A program made the position numbers and the translations under genes. DNA of 64,000 bases from positions 47,120,001 to 47,184,000 of the forward strand of contig OZ024750.1 of assembly GCA_964016885.1 (NCBI GenBank). Direction: 5' to 3'. The DNA comes from Eledone cirrhosa. Taxonomy: Eukaryota. The number at the start of each line of letters is the position of its first letter. Position 1 is the stretch's first letter. The notes below the pieces were generated by a model, which worked only from the letters and a program-made list of their open reading frames with translations, searched no databases and had not been told where the DNA came from. This document shows positions 1 through 13,534 of this stretch, piece by piece.

Positions 1-570
1 TTAATTTTATATTTTATATTTAATATGTTCTCTCTTTTCTTTTCTATCTTTCTATTTCTCTCCCTAAATTTATTTCATTTGTTACATTTAATCTCATCGT
101 ATTACTTTCATTTCTAATACAACTTACAATTAATTAATCAAATAATTAATTAATTATCTAATTATATTATAAAAATAACCAATACACACATGAATATATT
201 TAACATTCCCATGTGTATACCTTCATATCTCTATGTTTTAACCCCAAACACCACAACTACTCTCAATAATCTTACTATGTTTACTTTTCTTCGCACATAT
301 AAACATTTTTTATTTATTTATTTTCATATTTTATATTGTTTTGTATCATCCTCGATGTAACATATTTATTAGCATGTATTTATTTATTGTTGATATCATT
401 GTTTCCCTTTATTTGTCTTCTTCCTTACCTTTTATATTTTTCTTTATCCTTTTCTAATCTCTTTCTATCCTCTTTTCTCTCTGTCTTTTTTCTCTGTATC
501 CTTCTCTTTCTTCCTTTCTCCTTTTTCTTTCTTTTTTCTCTCTCTATCTTTATTACTAATATTATGATGT

Positions 571-748
571 TGGCAGTATCGGTAGAGGGTGGTACATGCC
601 TACCAGCATAGTTACGTCCCTTTAGGATCTGAGTTCAAATCCCGCCGAGGTTAACTTTGTCTTTCGTCCTTACCGGGTTGATAAAATAAAGTACCAGTAA
701 TGAACTGGTAATTTGCTTGCCTTGTGCCAAAAGTAGATGATATTGTTA
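571..748 (+). mobile_element. tRNA-derived SINE (octopus OK/OR-like), near full length
   Basis: TGGCAGTATCGGTAG A-box-like head, GAGTTCAAATCCC B-box, conserved core GAGGTTAACTTTG..TTTC.TCCTTAC.GGGT.GATAAAATAAAGTACCAGT and tail GCCTTGTGCCAAAAGTAGA, repeated about 15 times in the window. Confidence 0.85.
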
Positions 749-1130
749 TTTGAATTCGTAAAAACTGAACATATTTTAATATTCTCCGAAGATCTGGTTA
801 AGCTAGCAACGTATTTAAAATTGAGTGGCACAGCTCCATGTGTTCAGCAATATTTAAACAAATTTATGAGCGAAACAATTGTTAGACTGTAAATAAAACC
901 CTTTTTTGTACTGTTGACCATGTTATACTGCATTCTTCACTCTTTCAATATTATTACTCCAAGATAAACTTACATGGGAATGCAAGATAACTCATAAACA
1001 CGCCACCTACGGAAACCCATTTTTATGTGAAACAACACCGGACGCTAAAACTATCCATAATACGAAGTATTCACAACCTCTAACTGGATTACCTATAACG
1101 ATATTTTGTTATCCCTTATATATATATATG

Positions 1131-1299
1131 TAAGAGGTAAGTTTGATTTAAAACTGCACTATTCACAAGTGTTTTTTAACCTTCATATCATGTCTCCCTA
1201 TTTTATCTGACGAAAACGCAAATGGTATCTCATGATGATATTTATTTTTGAAATGCGCATAATAAAATACATAGAACTCTTTTAACTATCTTTTGATCT

Positions 1300-1308
<9 letters not shown>
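1131..1308 (+). mobile_element. PLE pseudo-LTR remnant (family B) between (TA)n tracts
   Basis: Similar to 35.8-36.8 kb copies; carries an HHR motif; flanked by TA repeats. Confidence 0.7.
1199..1269 (+). ncRNA. Type I hammerhead ribozyme (family B)
   Basis: Stem I TATTTTAT/ATAAAATA, core CTGACGA...GAAA, palindromic stem III ATGCGCAT, cleavage AUA. Confidence 0.8.
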
Positions 1309-1351
<43 letters not shown>

Positions 1352-1497
1352 ATATGCATATATATATCCATATGCATATACACACACACATACACACACA
1401 CACACATACACACACCCACACACATATATGTATAATGTTTTGATTTGCTTACTGTGTAATTTAGAAACAAAAGATATGTTAAAGTTTGTATTATATC

Positions 1498-1613
1498 TAG
1501 TTCAAATCCCACCGAGGTTATCTTTGCCATTCATCCTTACGGGGTCGATAAAACAAAATACCAGTAACGCAATGGGTAATTGCTGTCGTGGTACCAAAAG
1601 TTTAAACAATTAT
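1498..1613 (+). mobile_element. tRNA-SINE, 5'-truncated
   Basis: GTTCAAATCCCACCGAGG...GGGGTCGATAAAAC...ACCAGTAA core. Confidence 0.75.
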
Positions 1614-3789
1614 ATCTAGTTCATATATATCGTATCACATTTTCCAACGTGTTATATCTATTTAATATGCCTTTGTGTTAAGTTAAAATCAATTTGATGC
1701 CACACATTGATACTTACGACATTTTGCTTATATACAATATACGTATGACACCTAAAACACGACATCAAAATTGTTGTTGATATACAAAATCATACATGTA
1801 TATACATAACAATTCATATCTTTTCACATACATATATACAAACATACATATATGAATTCAATACATACTAAGGTACATACATGCAAGCATACCAACATAG
1901 CTACCTTCTTTCATATTTACATACACACATTCATACACACATACATTCATACATACAAACATATATACATGAATTTATACATACAAAGATACAACGATAC
2001 ATACATACAAGCAGGAAACATACCTACCATATTACATATGTATATACACGCATTCATACATAGATACACGCTTGAAACAAACATATATAGATGAATACAT
2101 TCATACAAATATACATACATGCATACGGATATACCTACCTTCTTAAATATTTACATACACGCATACATGCACACATACATACACACATATATACATGACA
2201 TACAAATATACATACATACAATCATGCAAACATACGTACCTTGATAAATATGTACATATACGCATACATGCATACATACATTCATACATAGAAACATACA
2301 TACAAGGATCCTATTTCCCTAGATACATACATAACAAGAAACAAACTAAGAGTGATGTCCCCATGTTACACCTAGATCTAAGTAGTTACGCGATATGTTT
2401 TACAAATACACACTAGAAGTACTTTAAACTTCACAGATGATTCTTTAGATTCTACCTCTCATTTGTTGTAACTTCACAGAAGTAATATAAATAAATGAGA
2501 ATGATTGCGATGCTAGAAATCGCAACCAAATCTCCGTTTCAGAAAATAAAAACATTAAATAATGTAGTGTTTTAGATATATCGAACGTAAATGGTATGAC
2601 TGATTAGAATTCACTTCATCTCATGTCAGCTTAATTAGGGATTATATGGTGGGGAAATTTCAAAACTACACTGAACGTAGTCATATATTATTCGTCGTTA
2701 AACCTCAGATACAAGGAACGATAAATTCGATGTTTCAGACTAAAGGAAAAAACAATGAATATAACCTCTCAATTCATTTGTTCCATACATCAACACAGGA
2801 ACATTATTGCAAGATATACCATCTTCGTATTGCAATGACCAAATTAGTAGTAAATCGAAAACCTTACATTCTATCCTTGTAAATTACTTCAGCATGAAGA
2901 GAACATTCTTGACACCTCAAATGTATCTACATGTGTTTACTATACAAAGCAGCCTAAGCTCTCTACACCTAATTTCACTCACAATATATATGCAAATTGA
3001 AATGCCATTGGCCAGGATAACTAAAATATTGAATGATCTCCAAATTAATTTTCTTCCTACCCTAAATATTAAACAAGAACCCGATTAAAAAAATTATCAT
3101 TTCGCCCTATGTAAGAAGAGTCTAACCAATACCGCTGTTACTGACATGGTTGCAAAAATTTCCAAGAACATGTTCGTAAATTAACTATTCACAAGGAGTA
3201 TATATTTTGACAATTTAATCCTAAACATCTTGTATATGGTTTCGTACATACCTTCAATTTTTTTCAAATATAGACATATTGTTTTATTATACAACTAGTT
3301 TAGTCACTATCTAATGGATATGGTGGTAGAATATTTTGTAATGTACAATGTATTTAACAACTTATGAGAGATATATTGGACTACGAAAGATCGAAGATAA
3401 AATCGGTTTTAGTGGCATCTATAAATAAAACACGAATCAAATCCTCCTAAAACAATATATCTGCTTTTTCGATATTATTTGTCTATTTTAGATAAGCGAC
3501 CATTTTCATAACGGCATGCGTTTATATACAGGCTGACTCGAATAGAACATCTGTCACTATATATTCCTTTTCGAAAAAATCAGATACTAATCTCATGTCG
3601 TAGGTGGTATAGTTTGGAAAAGAAAGCAAGGCCGGAATGGCAGTTCCATTCCCGGATGTTTTGTGTGGATTACTATTTTAAGTGTTGCTCGTACAAAGTG
3701 ACCCAGGAGCAATTTCAAACATCTCTTTGGAACGGTCAAATCTCTATTTAAAGCCGCCAAAATATAAAACTGAGTAAAAATGTTTTAAA

Positions 3790-4445
3790 CATATGAGACA
3801 AGGGAGATACTCAACACACTCTACAAGGACCGTCCTATCCATTCTGAATAATCCAAGATGTGTACACAAGAAGTTATTGAGATGGTCCGAAAGTCACGTG
3901 AACTGCGTACAGAAGCTAATACGTGTGTCTCCCCACGGAAACATGCAGAAGGTTTATCAAAGAGAATCGGAACTGATAGCACTACAAATACAGACTATAA
4001 AACAGCGGATTGTAGCTGACACGAACAAGAGAAACGCTACGGCTGAGAAAATGCTGGAGAAATTGGGAAACAACCAGCATGTTCTGAATGAGATGCCCAC
4101 TTTCTATTTGACAGCATGATGAAATCAAAGAATAATGTGTTCTGGTGGTCAGATGAACTAACTGCAGTGGCTGCAAATGCTGTAACAAAAGAGCTGCACA
4201 TTATGTAACCATCACTAAAGCATAAGTTCTGATTCCAGCAAAACGGAACAAGCTCTAAATCCTCCAATATCTGACGGGATGGGCTGAAAAATACCTTTGT
4301 AAACCGTGACACACACAGCGCTGGTTTAAAACCCGAATGTTTTGGGTTATCTGAAGGATACGGCATATATCAGCAAACCCATACCATCGTCAAAGAACTG
4401 AAAGAAAACAGCAGGAAGGCCATGAGAGCCACGAGTATGTCTGTT
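3790..4445 (+). pseudogene. Possible highly degraded non-LTR retrotransposon C-terminus (RLE type, zinc-knuckle region)
   Basis: Frame-scattered peptides ALQIQTI..., KC....ET / QHVLN / CP / HD resemble the CCHC knuckle of R2/R4-like LINEs; multiple frameshifts. Confidence 0.3.
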
Positions 4446-4685
4446 TGTAAAACGTTATTCTAAACCTCATCATACGCATTGAAAAATGCATGGATTTATA
4501 TGTAGATCCCTTGCAATATGGGTTGTAACTCGGGACAGAAAGAACAGAGGGTAGTTATTTTGGTAAGTTGTTTTGAAAGGTTGAGATACATATTTTTGAA
4601 GTTTCGTGATGCCAAAAAAAAAGGAATATTGTAGATACGAATAAAACTGGGTTCTCGTATTGTTTATAGTCCTGAATGACAATAA

Positions 4686-4877
4686 TAAATTTTCTACTGT
4701 TGGCACAAGGCCAGCAATTACCTACAGCGTATTACTGGTCCTTTATTTTAGCGACCCCGTAATTATGAAAGGCAAAGTTAACCTCAGCGGGATTTGATCT
4801 CAGATCATAAAGGGCCGTAACACTATACTGCAAAGCATGGCATCCGACCTTCTACTAATACTGCCAGTCGGTCGCCT
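4686..4877 (-). mobile_element. tRNA-SINE
   Basis: Reverse complement of the SINE consensus (TTTCTACT..TGGCACAAGGCCAGCAATT...ACTGCCA). Confidence 0.8.
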
Positions 4878-4890
4878 TGAATGACAATAA

Positions 4891-5070
4891 CAATTGTTTC
4901 TACTTTTTGGCACAAGGCCAGCAATTTCCCAGTGCATTTCTGGTACTTTATTTTATCGATCCTGTAAGGATGACAGGCAAAGTTAACCTCGGTGAGATTT
5001 GAATTCAAATCATACAAGGACGTAACGCTGTGCTGCAAATCAATACTGCAAATCAAATCTATACTGCCAA
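4891..5070 (-). mobile_element. tRNA-SINE, tandem with the previous copy
   Basis: Same consensus. Confidence 0.8.
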
Positions 5071-5877
5071 TCAAATGCCTAATCAATAGGGCGAGCAGAA
5101 ACAAAGATAACCCGAAATATAATTTGTGTAGAGTTATATTTAATAACTACTACATAAAGATAATATTCGTATAGGTTTTGAATGGGGCATAACTTTTATG
5201 GGAGAAACTCACTGAATATATGACGTTTCCTAAAATCTCATCATTTATGCTCCTTAGAAAACAAAAAAATTCTATATACCCTAAACATATATCAACAGAA
5301 TTTAACAGCAATCGATATTTGTATATTCTATAATTGTGTTTATTTTTTTCTGTACTTTTCTGTACTTGAAATTGAATGAGCATGGCTGTTAATATATACG
5401 TTTCTATGTGTGCGTGAGTGTCTATGTTCTGTGTTTGTGTATATGTGTGAATATGTCTGGATATAATGAATTGCAAAAAAATATATACCATATAACACCT
5501 TATAGATAACTAACAGCTTGGTCAGATAATAAAAGGTGACGTCATTATCATTCCGTGAGTCGGCTGCTTTAGAAATGTTACCTGTCACAATATATTATTG
5601 TGAACTCTCATTTATTTATCTAAACTCATCTATAATAGAAATAGCCATAACTTATACGTTGAATATGTTACAAACGGCAAACATGGAACTAATATTTCTT
5701 ATACTTTCTTTCATTCTTTAGTTGTGTGACTCATTGTTTGACTCGTCTATTAACCCCAGGATTTATAGTATTAAATCTCGTTCTTATTTCATAGATCACC
5801 CCATGTGGATCTAACACGCACCGTTACATCAGACCAGTTCGCAGACAGTCCGGCGGAAATGTTGAGATCAAGAAATT

Positions 5878-6060
5878 AATTGTTTCTACATTTGGCACAA
5901 GGCCAGCAAATAAACCAGTACATTACTGCTACTTTATTTTATCGACCCCGTAAGGATGAAAGGCAAAGTTAACCTCGGTGGGATTAGAACTCAGAATGGC
6001 AAGGGTCGTAACTCAATGCGTCAAAGCATGGCGTCCGACCCTCTGCCGATACTGCCAGCT
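5878..6060 (-). mobile_element. tRNA-SINE
   Basis: Same consensus, near full length. Confidence 0.85.
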
Positions 6061-6575
6061 AATCAGAAACTTTGCCGTTTTGTGTAATTTTTAGATGGCT
6101 GAAAATGATACTTCCGAGCAGTATTTATTTTCTTTTAAACAGACTCCCGCAGTCATTTCAATAATTTTCCATTTCTTTAGAATCTTCCAGCCTACCATTT
6201 TGTAATGAAAAACTAATTATCCGAGACGTTGAAATATCATTTTTCCTTTTCCCACAAACTCTAACCAAATACGGCTTTGTTTTGTTTATTTTTTCTCTCT
6301 GGTAGTATTTCTTCCAAATCAATTAAAGATATATATAATTGTTTAATCGACTTGGAAATATTTATTTTCTGGCATATATATTTGCCTACAGATTAGATAC
6401 GTATATATATTAGATATGTATATATATTTATATATGCTGATGTAGTCTCGATTACACACTCCACATTTATGCTAATATAACTTAATCATATACCCCACTT
6501 CTTAATATATTTTAATTAATTAAAAGCACAAGCGCTAATTATATGTACATTAGTACGCCTATTTTAAAATAAAGT

Positions 6576-6712
6576 AATTGTTTCTATTTTTTGGCACAAG
6601 GGCAGCAATTATACAGTGTATTACTGGTACTTTATTTTATCGACCCCGTAAGGATGAAAAGCAAAGTTAACCTCGGCGGGATTTGAACTCAGACAGTAAA
6701 GGGACGTAACTC
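6576..6712 (-). mobile_element. tRNA-SINE, 5'-truncated
   Basis: Same consensus through the B-box. Confidence 0.8.
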
Positions 6713-7015
6713 TAAGAGACAATTGGTATATATTCCGACATCTCACACGATCCCTTGTGACTGATGTGCATGTTGATGGGGTCCAATCAGATCTGATAAA
6801 GGATTATCTTTCGTTATCGCTAACAATTTAAAGTGAAATTCTTATTTTCTGACATGTATACAAGGATACTTATTCGATATATACTATAAAGGTTGATACA
6901 GTCTTGGTTGTACACTTTCTATTTATGGTGACATAACATTATCATATACCTCGGGTGCCAACATACTCATTGATATATATATATATATATATATATGCGT
7001 GTGTGTGTGCGTGTG

Positions 7016-7065
<50 letters not shown>

Positions 7066-7081
7066 ATAAACAATACAATAT

Positions 7082-7159
7082 AATTACCTCATTACCAGAG
7101 GTTTCCCGAATAATACGAATACAAGAAACGTCCTCATTCATTCGTCGGACAAGGCAATT
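7082..7159 (-). ncRNA. Hammerhead ribozyme (family A), core mutated
   Basis: Stem I AATTGCCTTGT/ATGAGGTAATT, core CCGACGA (U4C), GAAA-CC-TCT-GG-TA. Confidence 0.65.
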
Positions 7160-7904
7160 TATAGCATCGTGAAATATTTGAAAAATCTCCTCAAGTAAAG
7201 CAAAAGTTTAACGGGCCCCAAAAATATATATAAATAAAAGTAATGCAAGAGATATATAAAAATAAAATAAGGAAATATAGTTAGGATATCTGTATAAATG
7301 TGTGTATATTCACTCACAAATGTACATATGTGTGTATGTACAAATACATGTGTATAATGAAAGAATGTGTGGGTAAGTACATATATGAGGGCAATCATAT
7401 CAGTGTATGTGTGACCACAAATAGGTATATAATATATGTTGAAAAAGAAAGTGTAAGACAATAGAGTTAACGTAATCCAGACTCAGATATTAAGGATTGA
7501 AATATATACACATACAAGAATGAAAGCACGCGTATAAACACACACACGCGTGCACGACCACATACATGCGAGTGATATATACAGGGAAGGGAGTGTATCA
7601 GTCAAAGCAGTGGCAGTCTGAAAGTCGATGCATATAAAAATGAAAATAGGAAAAATTATATGAGAATAAAAAAATAAAAAAAATTAAATCAAAGAGAAAG
7701 TAAGAGGGAGGGGTTATCAATTATAAAGTAACACTAGAAACAATAGAAAACAAACATAGGTTCGTACGTACACTCATATATATAAATACGTACAGACAAA
7801 AGCACAGACATGCGTACATACATACACACGAAGCACACACATATATATAGGCACATGTATATCTAATCAGACGCACGCACGCAACTATATATATATACAC
7901 ACAT

Positions 7905-7985
<81 letters not shown>

Positions 7986-8418
7986 CATATACATACACAA
8001 TACACGTATATATAAGTATTTAAAAAACATAGATATAAAACCACACATACACACACACATATACACACACACGCGCACATACGAATGCGTTCGTATACAT
8101 ATACAAACACGCCTACACGCACATGGACGCTCACACGCATAGATGCAAATTAAAAACCAGCCGTATGAATAAATGAGTACCAATAATACGCAAGTAAACA
8201 TATATAAAAGCGGCCGAGAGGCAACAGAATATATCTGGAGTTGAAAACGCAAGTGACAACAATATCAGGTAGTGAAAGAAAATGGGGAAGTAAAATGTGT
8301 GGAATTGTGAAGATATAAGGTAAGTGAATCAAAAAGCAGGGGGGGGGGGGGGGAGTCACTGGTGGATCTGAAGTAAAAATAAAGTTAAAAATAAAAATAA
8401 AAGTAAATCAGAAATAAT

Positions 8419-8604
8419 TGTTTCTACTTTAGGCACAAGGCCAGCAAATACCCAGTGCATTACTGGTACTTTATTTTATCGACACCGTAAGGATGAAAGG
8501 CAAAGTCAACCTCGGCGGGATTTGAACTCAGATCGTAAAGGGACGTAACTATGCTGGAAAGCATGGCGTCCGACCCTCCACCGATACTGCCAATCCACCG
8601 CCCT
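8419..8604 (-). mobile_element. Full-length tRNA-SINE with 17-bp TSD, nested in the PLE-A copy
   Basis: AGTAAATCAGAAATAAT at 8402-8418 and 8605-8621. Confidence 0.92.
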
Positions 8605-8796
8605 AGTAAATCAGAAATAATAGTCTGTAAAGAGGGTAATTTAAGGAATGTGAAGAACAAGTGTTTATGGAGGATAAGTATCTGAAAGTGAGTTAAGTTT
8701 ATATGAGCTGGAAAGCAAGTGTGAATTCATGTGTGGGTAACTGGTGAAAATGACTTTTTCAATTTTCAACTGAAACTTCAATACTTATATATATAT

Positions 8797-9755
8797 AACT
8801 AGACATGAAAAATGCGCAAGCTCAAAAGTGCCACAGAATGTTATAATAAACCTTCAAAAGTGTGGGACTAGAGTTGTTGCTAAAAAATATTGTAATCATT
8901 ATATATCGTACATTCTGTGGCATCCTTTATAAAAATAGCTTAAACCAACGAAGCCTTTATTTTTACGCTATTTCACTTAGTTAATTCTTAGAGTGTAACA
9001 TATAAAAATATGATTTACAACTATAAAATAAATTAATTAATATAATAACAGAGCTGCGGAGCTGAAATTTAGGAAATAATGGAGTATCGGATCCTGAGTT
9101 GGAGCCAGTCAATTTTTGGCCGACTCCACAGCCCTGTATAATACATTTCATATTAAAGTTATTAATAAACCTATTTTACACTTCATGCAAATTACCACGA
9201 GATATTGATATTAGATATAAGATACAGCGCAATATCTACAGCTGTAAAAGTACGAAAGCGAAGTAATAATAAGTGGCTTAAGGTAATTCCAATATGAAAG
9301 TTTGTAGTGATAAAAATTTGATAATGCAATACGATTGTTAATATTATAGTTCTATGAAAATGTAACAATAGATAACTAAATTATTTTACTATTAGTATAT
9401 TTAAGAAATTATCATTATAGATTTGATCGTTCATATAAGCATCATATTAAGTTTCAACACAATTATTTTGTTACTATGAGTATATGATAATAATATTACG
9501 TAATTATTTATAGCTGTTATTTCATTAAACATAGATGTATTTATTTTTATATGTTACACTCTAAGAATTAACTAAGTGAAATAGCGTAAAAATAAAGGCT
9601 TCGTTGGTTTAAGCTATTTTTATAAAGGATGCCACAGAATGTACGATATATAATGATTACAATATTTTTTAGCAACAACTCTAGTCCCACACTTTTGAAG
9701 GTTTATTATAACATTCTGTGGCACTTTTGAGCTTGCGCATTTTTCATGTCTAGTT
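8797..9755. repeat. Inverted repeat with 214-bp arms (8797-9010 / 9542-9755)
   Basis: Arms read as exact reverse complements; each has an internal TGCCACAGAATGT/ACATTCTGTGGCA hairpin; left end abuts a short TA tract. Confidence 0.9.
9049..9136. mobile_element. hAT-type MITE (88 bp)
   Basis: Imperfect TIRs CAGAGCTGCGGAG / CTCCACAGCCCTG; 8-bp flanks TATAATAA / TATAATAC. Confidence 0.65.
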
Positions 9756-10309
9756 TAATATTTTTTTAAGGCAACGCTTGTAATAACTCTAGTTAAACAG
9801 GATATATATTAATAATAAATTATCGTTGTAATGTAATTAGATTATGTAATTGTTATTATAAATTATCTTATAAATATTAGTGTAAGATGTATAAAACTAT
9901 TTTCAGACTTTTAATATAAACAACTACAAAAAACAATCAATATTAAATCAATATATTATACATAATAGAAAACATAAAATATACAATACAAAAACAAAAT
10001 ATTTACATACAATTGCAATTATCAGTGTATATACATTTTCTTTATATTCCCTGAGCAAATTAATAAGATTTGTTTTTATTGTACATAATTTGATGACTTG
10101 TTGGAGTGTATTAAAAGATAGCAACAATTTGTGATTAAATTGTTATCTTAAGCAACTCACTTTTTAATAGTTGTTGGCTGAGCGAAATTGTAAAAGCCTA
10201 TGAGCAAATATAAAAAAAATACACAAACAACATTTCCTTGTGTTATTACAACATTAGATAAAATAATTGAGCAATGTCGTTATATTTTGCTCTTATTGCA
10301 CATTAATAG

Positions 10310-10478
10310 TGTTTCTATTTTTCGGCACAAATCCATTACGGCAGTCCATTACTGGTATTTTATTTTATCGAATTAGTAAGTATGAAAGTCGAAGTTAACC
10401 TCGGCAGGATTTGAACTTAGAATGCAAAGGACCATAACAATACTGCAAAGCATGGTGTCTGACGCTCTACCAATACTT
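10310..10478 (-). mobile_element. tRNA-SINE, diverged
   Basis: Same consensus with substitutions. Confidence 0.75.
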
Positions 10479-10867
10479 GTGTTGAGCTGGTCATTAATTT
10501 ATGGTGGTCGTGCGTGGAGTAGAGCAATCGCTAGTTGAAATATTATGAACAAAACATTTTTATTTGCCGAAGAACATATTTTCAATACTGTTTGTGAATG
10601 TGACGAAGGAAATACATTCTGATATGGAACAGTGTACAAAGTGTGTCTGTGAATAACATAATGTTACCTCATGTTGTTGTCAAGACATAATGGATTTCGT
10701 ATATCCAGTTAGAAGATGAAACCTAGCCATCTCGGATTAGTTATATTTCATGCCATGTGTAAACGTGTTTGAGGATAGCAAAATATGCGCGTTAATTATA
10801 ATAATTAGTTAATAATATTACAAAATATACCTAATTAAACTCTTTGCTTGAAATTTTATCATTCTTC

Positions 10868-10950
<83 letters not shown>

Positions 10951-11327
10951 GAGAGAGAGGGAGAGAGATTTATCTAGTCCTTCGCTCAAGATTAATCTAT
11001 AAGTTTAGATGTTTGCCTTCGTTTAAGTAAATATTACAGTAAGATTTTTAATATAAACAACTACAAAAAACAATTAATATTAAAACGAAAAAATTATCAA
11101 TGATAAAAGAAGCGGATGCAACTTTTTTTTTTATAAAGTTATATTCCTGTTTCTTTAAAGAACATTTCATTTTTGTTCTATTGTAGGCGAAATAATGCAA
11201 TGGTTTAATAGGGAAGATATAACTTACGAATTATGTCTCTAACCGTGTAACGCTTTTTAAGTAGATAACTACAATTGAAAATACTAAAGAAATGGAACCA
11301 ACAATTCAATTTGAAAGTCGTCTAGTG

Positions 11328-11380
11328 ACAGTGTATTACTGGTACTTTATTTTATCGACCCCGTAACGATGAAAGGCAAA
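11328..11380 (-). mobile_element. tRNA-SINE core fragment
   Basis: ACTGGTACTTTATTTTATCGACCCCGTAACGATGAAAGGCAAA. Confidence 0.7.
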
Positions 11381-12385
11381 AATGCAAATGCTTAAAATTT
11401 AAATTGCCTTAATTCTATCGTCTGCTGTTTCATTAAAGGGAGATTCTCGTCTGTATTTAATTCTATCGTCTACTGTTCCACTAAACAGATATACACTATC
11501 GTCTATATTTATACATTTTAACTTATAACTTATACACATTTGATTTGAAATATTTTATCTAGTCCCCCCTCTCAATATTATGATGATTTCTTTCGAATGA
11601 AACAGTTCTAGTCCTGTAGAAGCCATTTATATATATAATTGAACTGAGTTAAAAATTCACAATATTTATAATTAAATAAGCTCATATATATATGTGTGTA
11701 TTTATCTGTTTATTGTATTATATATAATGTGTGTATATACAGGATGTCCCCCCAAAATATATACACACTTCAACAGCATTCTAATAACTATTGCCTGTAC
11801 AGGTAATCAAAGTGTCAATCGAATGTTAGTTTCGTGTTTTAACAGTACAAATTTACAATACACACATAAAACCAGTGTATATACATACATGAGTGTGTAT
11901 ACACATACATGAATGTGTATATACAATATATATGTATATATATATATAGACACATATATTCACGGTGCAACGGTACATTAAAATATTGATGCGGGAGAGG
12001 GGGGGTGTATATATAGGGGCGCTGGGGATAAAGGAGTGTAAAGCGTGTGTAATTGATATATTGAAGGAGAGGAGCGTGCAACGATAGAGTAACAAATATA
12101 TAGAGAGGGGGAGAGATGGTATTGAAGGGGAGGAGTGCAAAGCGAAAGAGTAAGAGATATATATATATAGAGACGGAACAGATAGAGAGAAACAGGCGTA
12201 AGTAACAGTGGAAGAGATATAGAGAGAGGTACTCTGATTGGTTAAAAATTAGCCAATGACATACGATCACCACCACCACGGCTATCCCCGAAAAATGTTT
12301 ATAGAAGCTAGGCATATATGTTAGAACACGAAAAGTGAACATTCTGTTGTTTCACACTTTTCGTGTTCTAACAGATAATAATAAT

Positions 12386-12655
12386 AATTGTTTCTACTTT
12401 TTGGCACAAGGCCAGCTATTATCCAAGCGCATTACTGGTACTTTATGTTATCGACCCCGTAAGGATGAAAGGCAAAGTTAAACTAGGCGGGATTTGAACT
12501 CAGAATGACAAGGGCCATAACTCTTTGCTTCAAAGCATGGCGTCCGATCCTCTACAGATACTGCCAATCCAGCGCCCTAATCCAAATAATAATAATTGTT
12601 TCTACTTTTGGTACAAGACGAGCCATTACCCAGTTCATTACTGGTAATTTTATTG
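12386..12655 (-). mobile_element. tRNA-SINE (full, to ~12578) followed by the 3' fragment of a second copy
   Basis: Same consensus; (AAT)n tails. Confidence 0.85.
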
Positions 12656-12800
12656 TATGTATCTATATGATTGTTCAGTTGAAGAGGAGGTTAATTATAT
12701 GTACAAACATTGATAATGCTCCGGATGAATCCAGAGAAAAGTTTGGATGAAACAATTGTCAGCAATTAAATAATTTGAACATAACTTTGATATTTGTTTA

Positions 12801-12846
<46 letters not shown>

Positions 12847-12848
<2 letters not shown>

Positions 12849-13036
12849 CGAAGGAAATGTGGTAAGGAACCAGGTGGACAATAACGCACCAAAGTACTCA
12901 ATGCTTAGGGTAGTAGAGTGGGTAATAGGAACGAGTAGGACCCCGACGGCTGAGCTCAAGCTGTTTCGACGGCTAATTCCAGAATTAGCCGTCGAAACGG
13001 GTTGAGCTCAGCCGTTGGCGTCCTACTCGTTCCTAT
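12847..13036. mobile_element. PLE-terminus remnant forming a 112-bp hairpin (12925-13036) in (TA)n
   Basis: Near-perfect inverted arms centred at ~12980; each arm carries the 3' half of an HHR (stem II-GAAAC..GTT/CTT-GAGCTCAG). Confidence 0.65.
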
Positions 13037-13533
<497 letters not shown>

Positions 13534-13534
13534 A

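Larger units (their letters stand above)
7066..8755 (-). mobile_element. 5'-truncated PLE family A copy (last ~30 codons plus 3' UTR plus HHR), interrupted by a SINE
   Basis: 8665-8752 is the reverse complement of ORF end 15083-15170; 8340-8407 matches 15240-15310; 7082-7180 matches 16385-16500; abuts (TA)n. Confidence 0.85.

Noticed and set aside
571-660. tRNA gene
   Set aside because: A/B boxes belong to SINE heads; no complete cloverleaf
11738-11780. TA|CAGGATGTCCCCCAAAA resembling a Tc1/mariner TIR
   Set aside because: No partner TIR or transposase found
12316-12372. 19-bp-arm hairpin TGTTAGAACACGAAAAGTG/CACTTTTCGTGTTCTAACA
   Set aside because: Real inverted repeat but no ribozyme core or element assignment; not a terminator in this eukaryotic context
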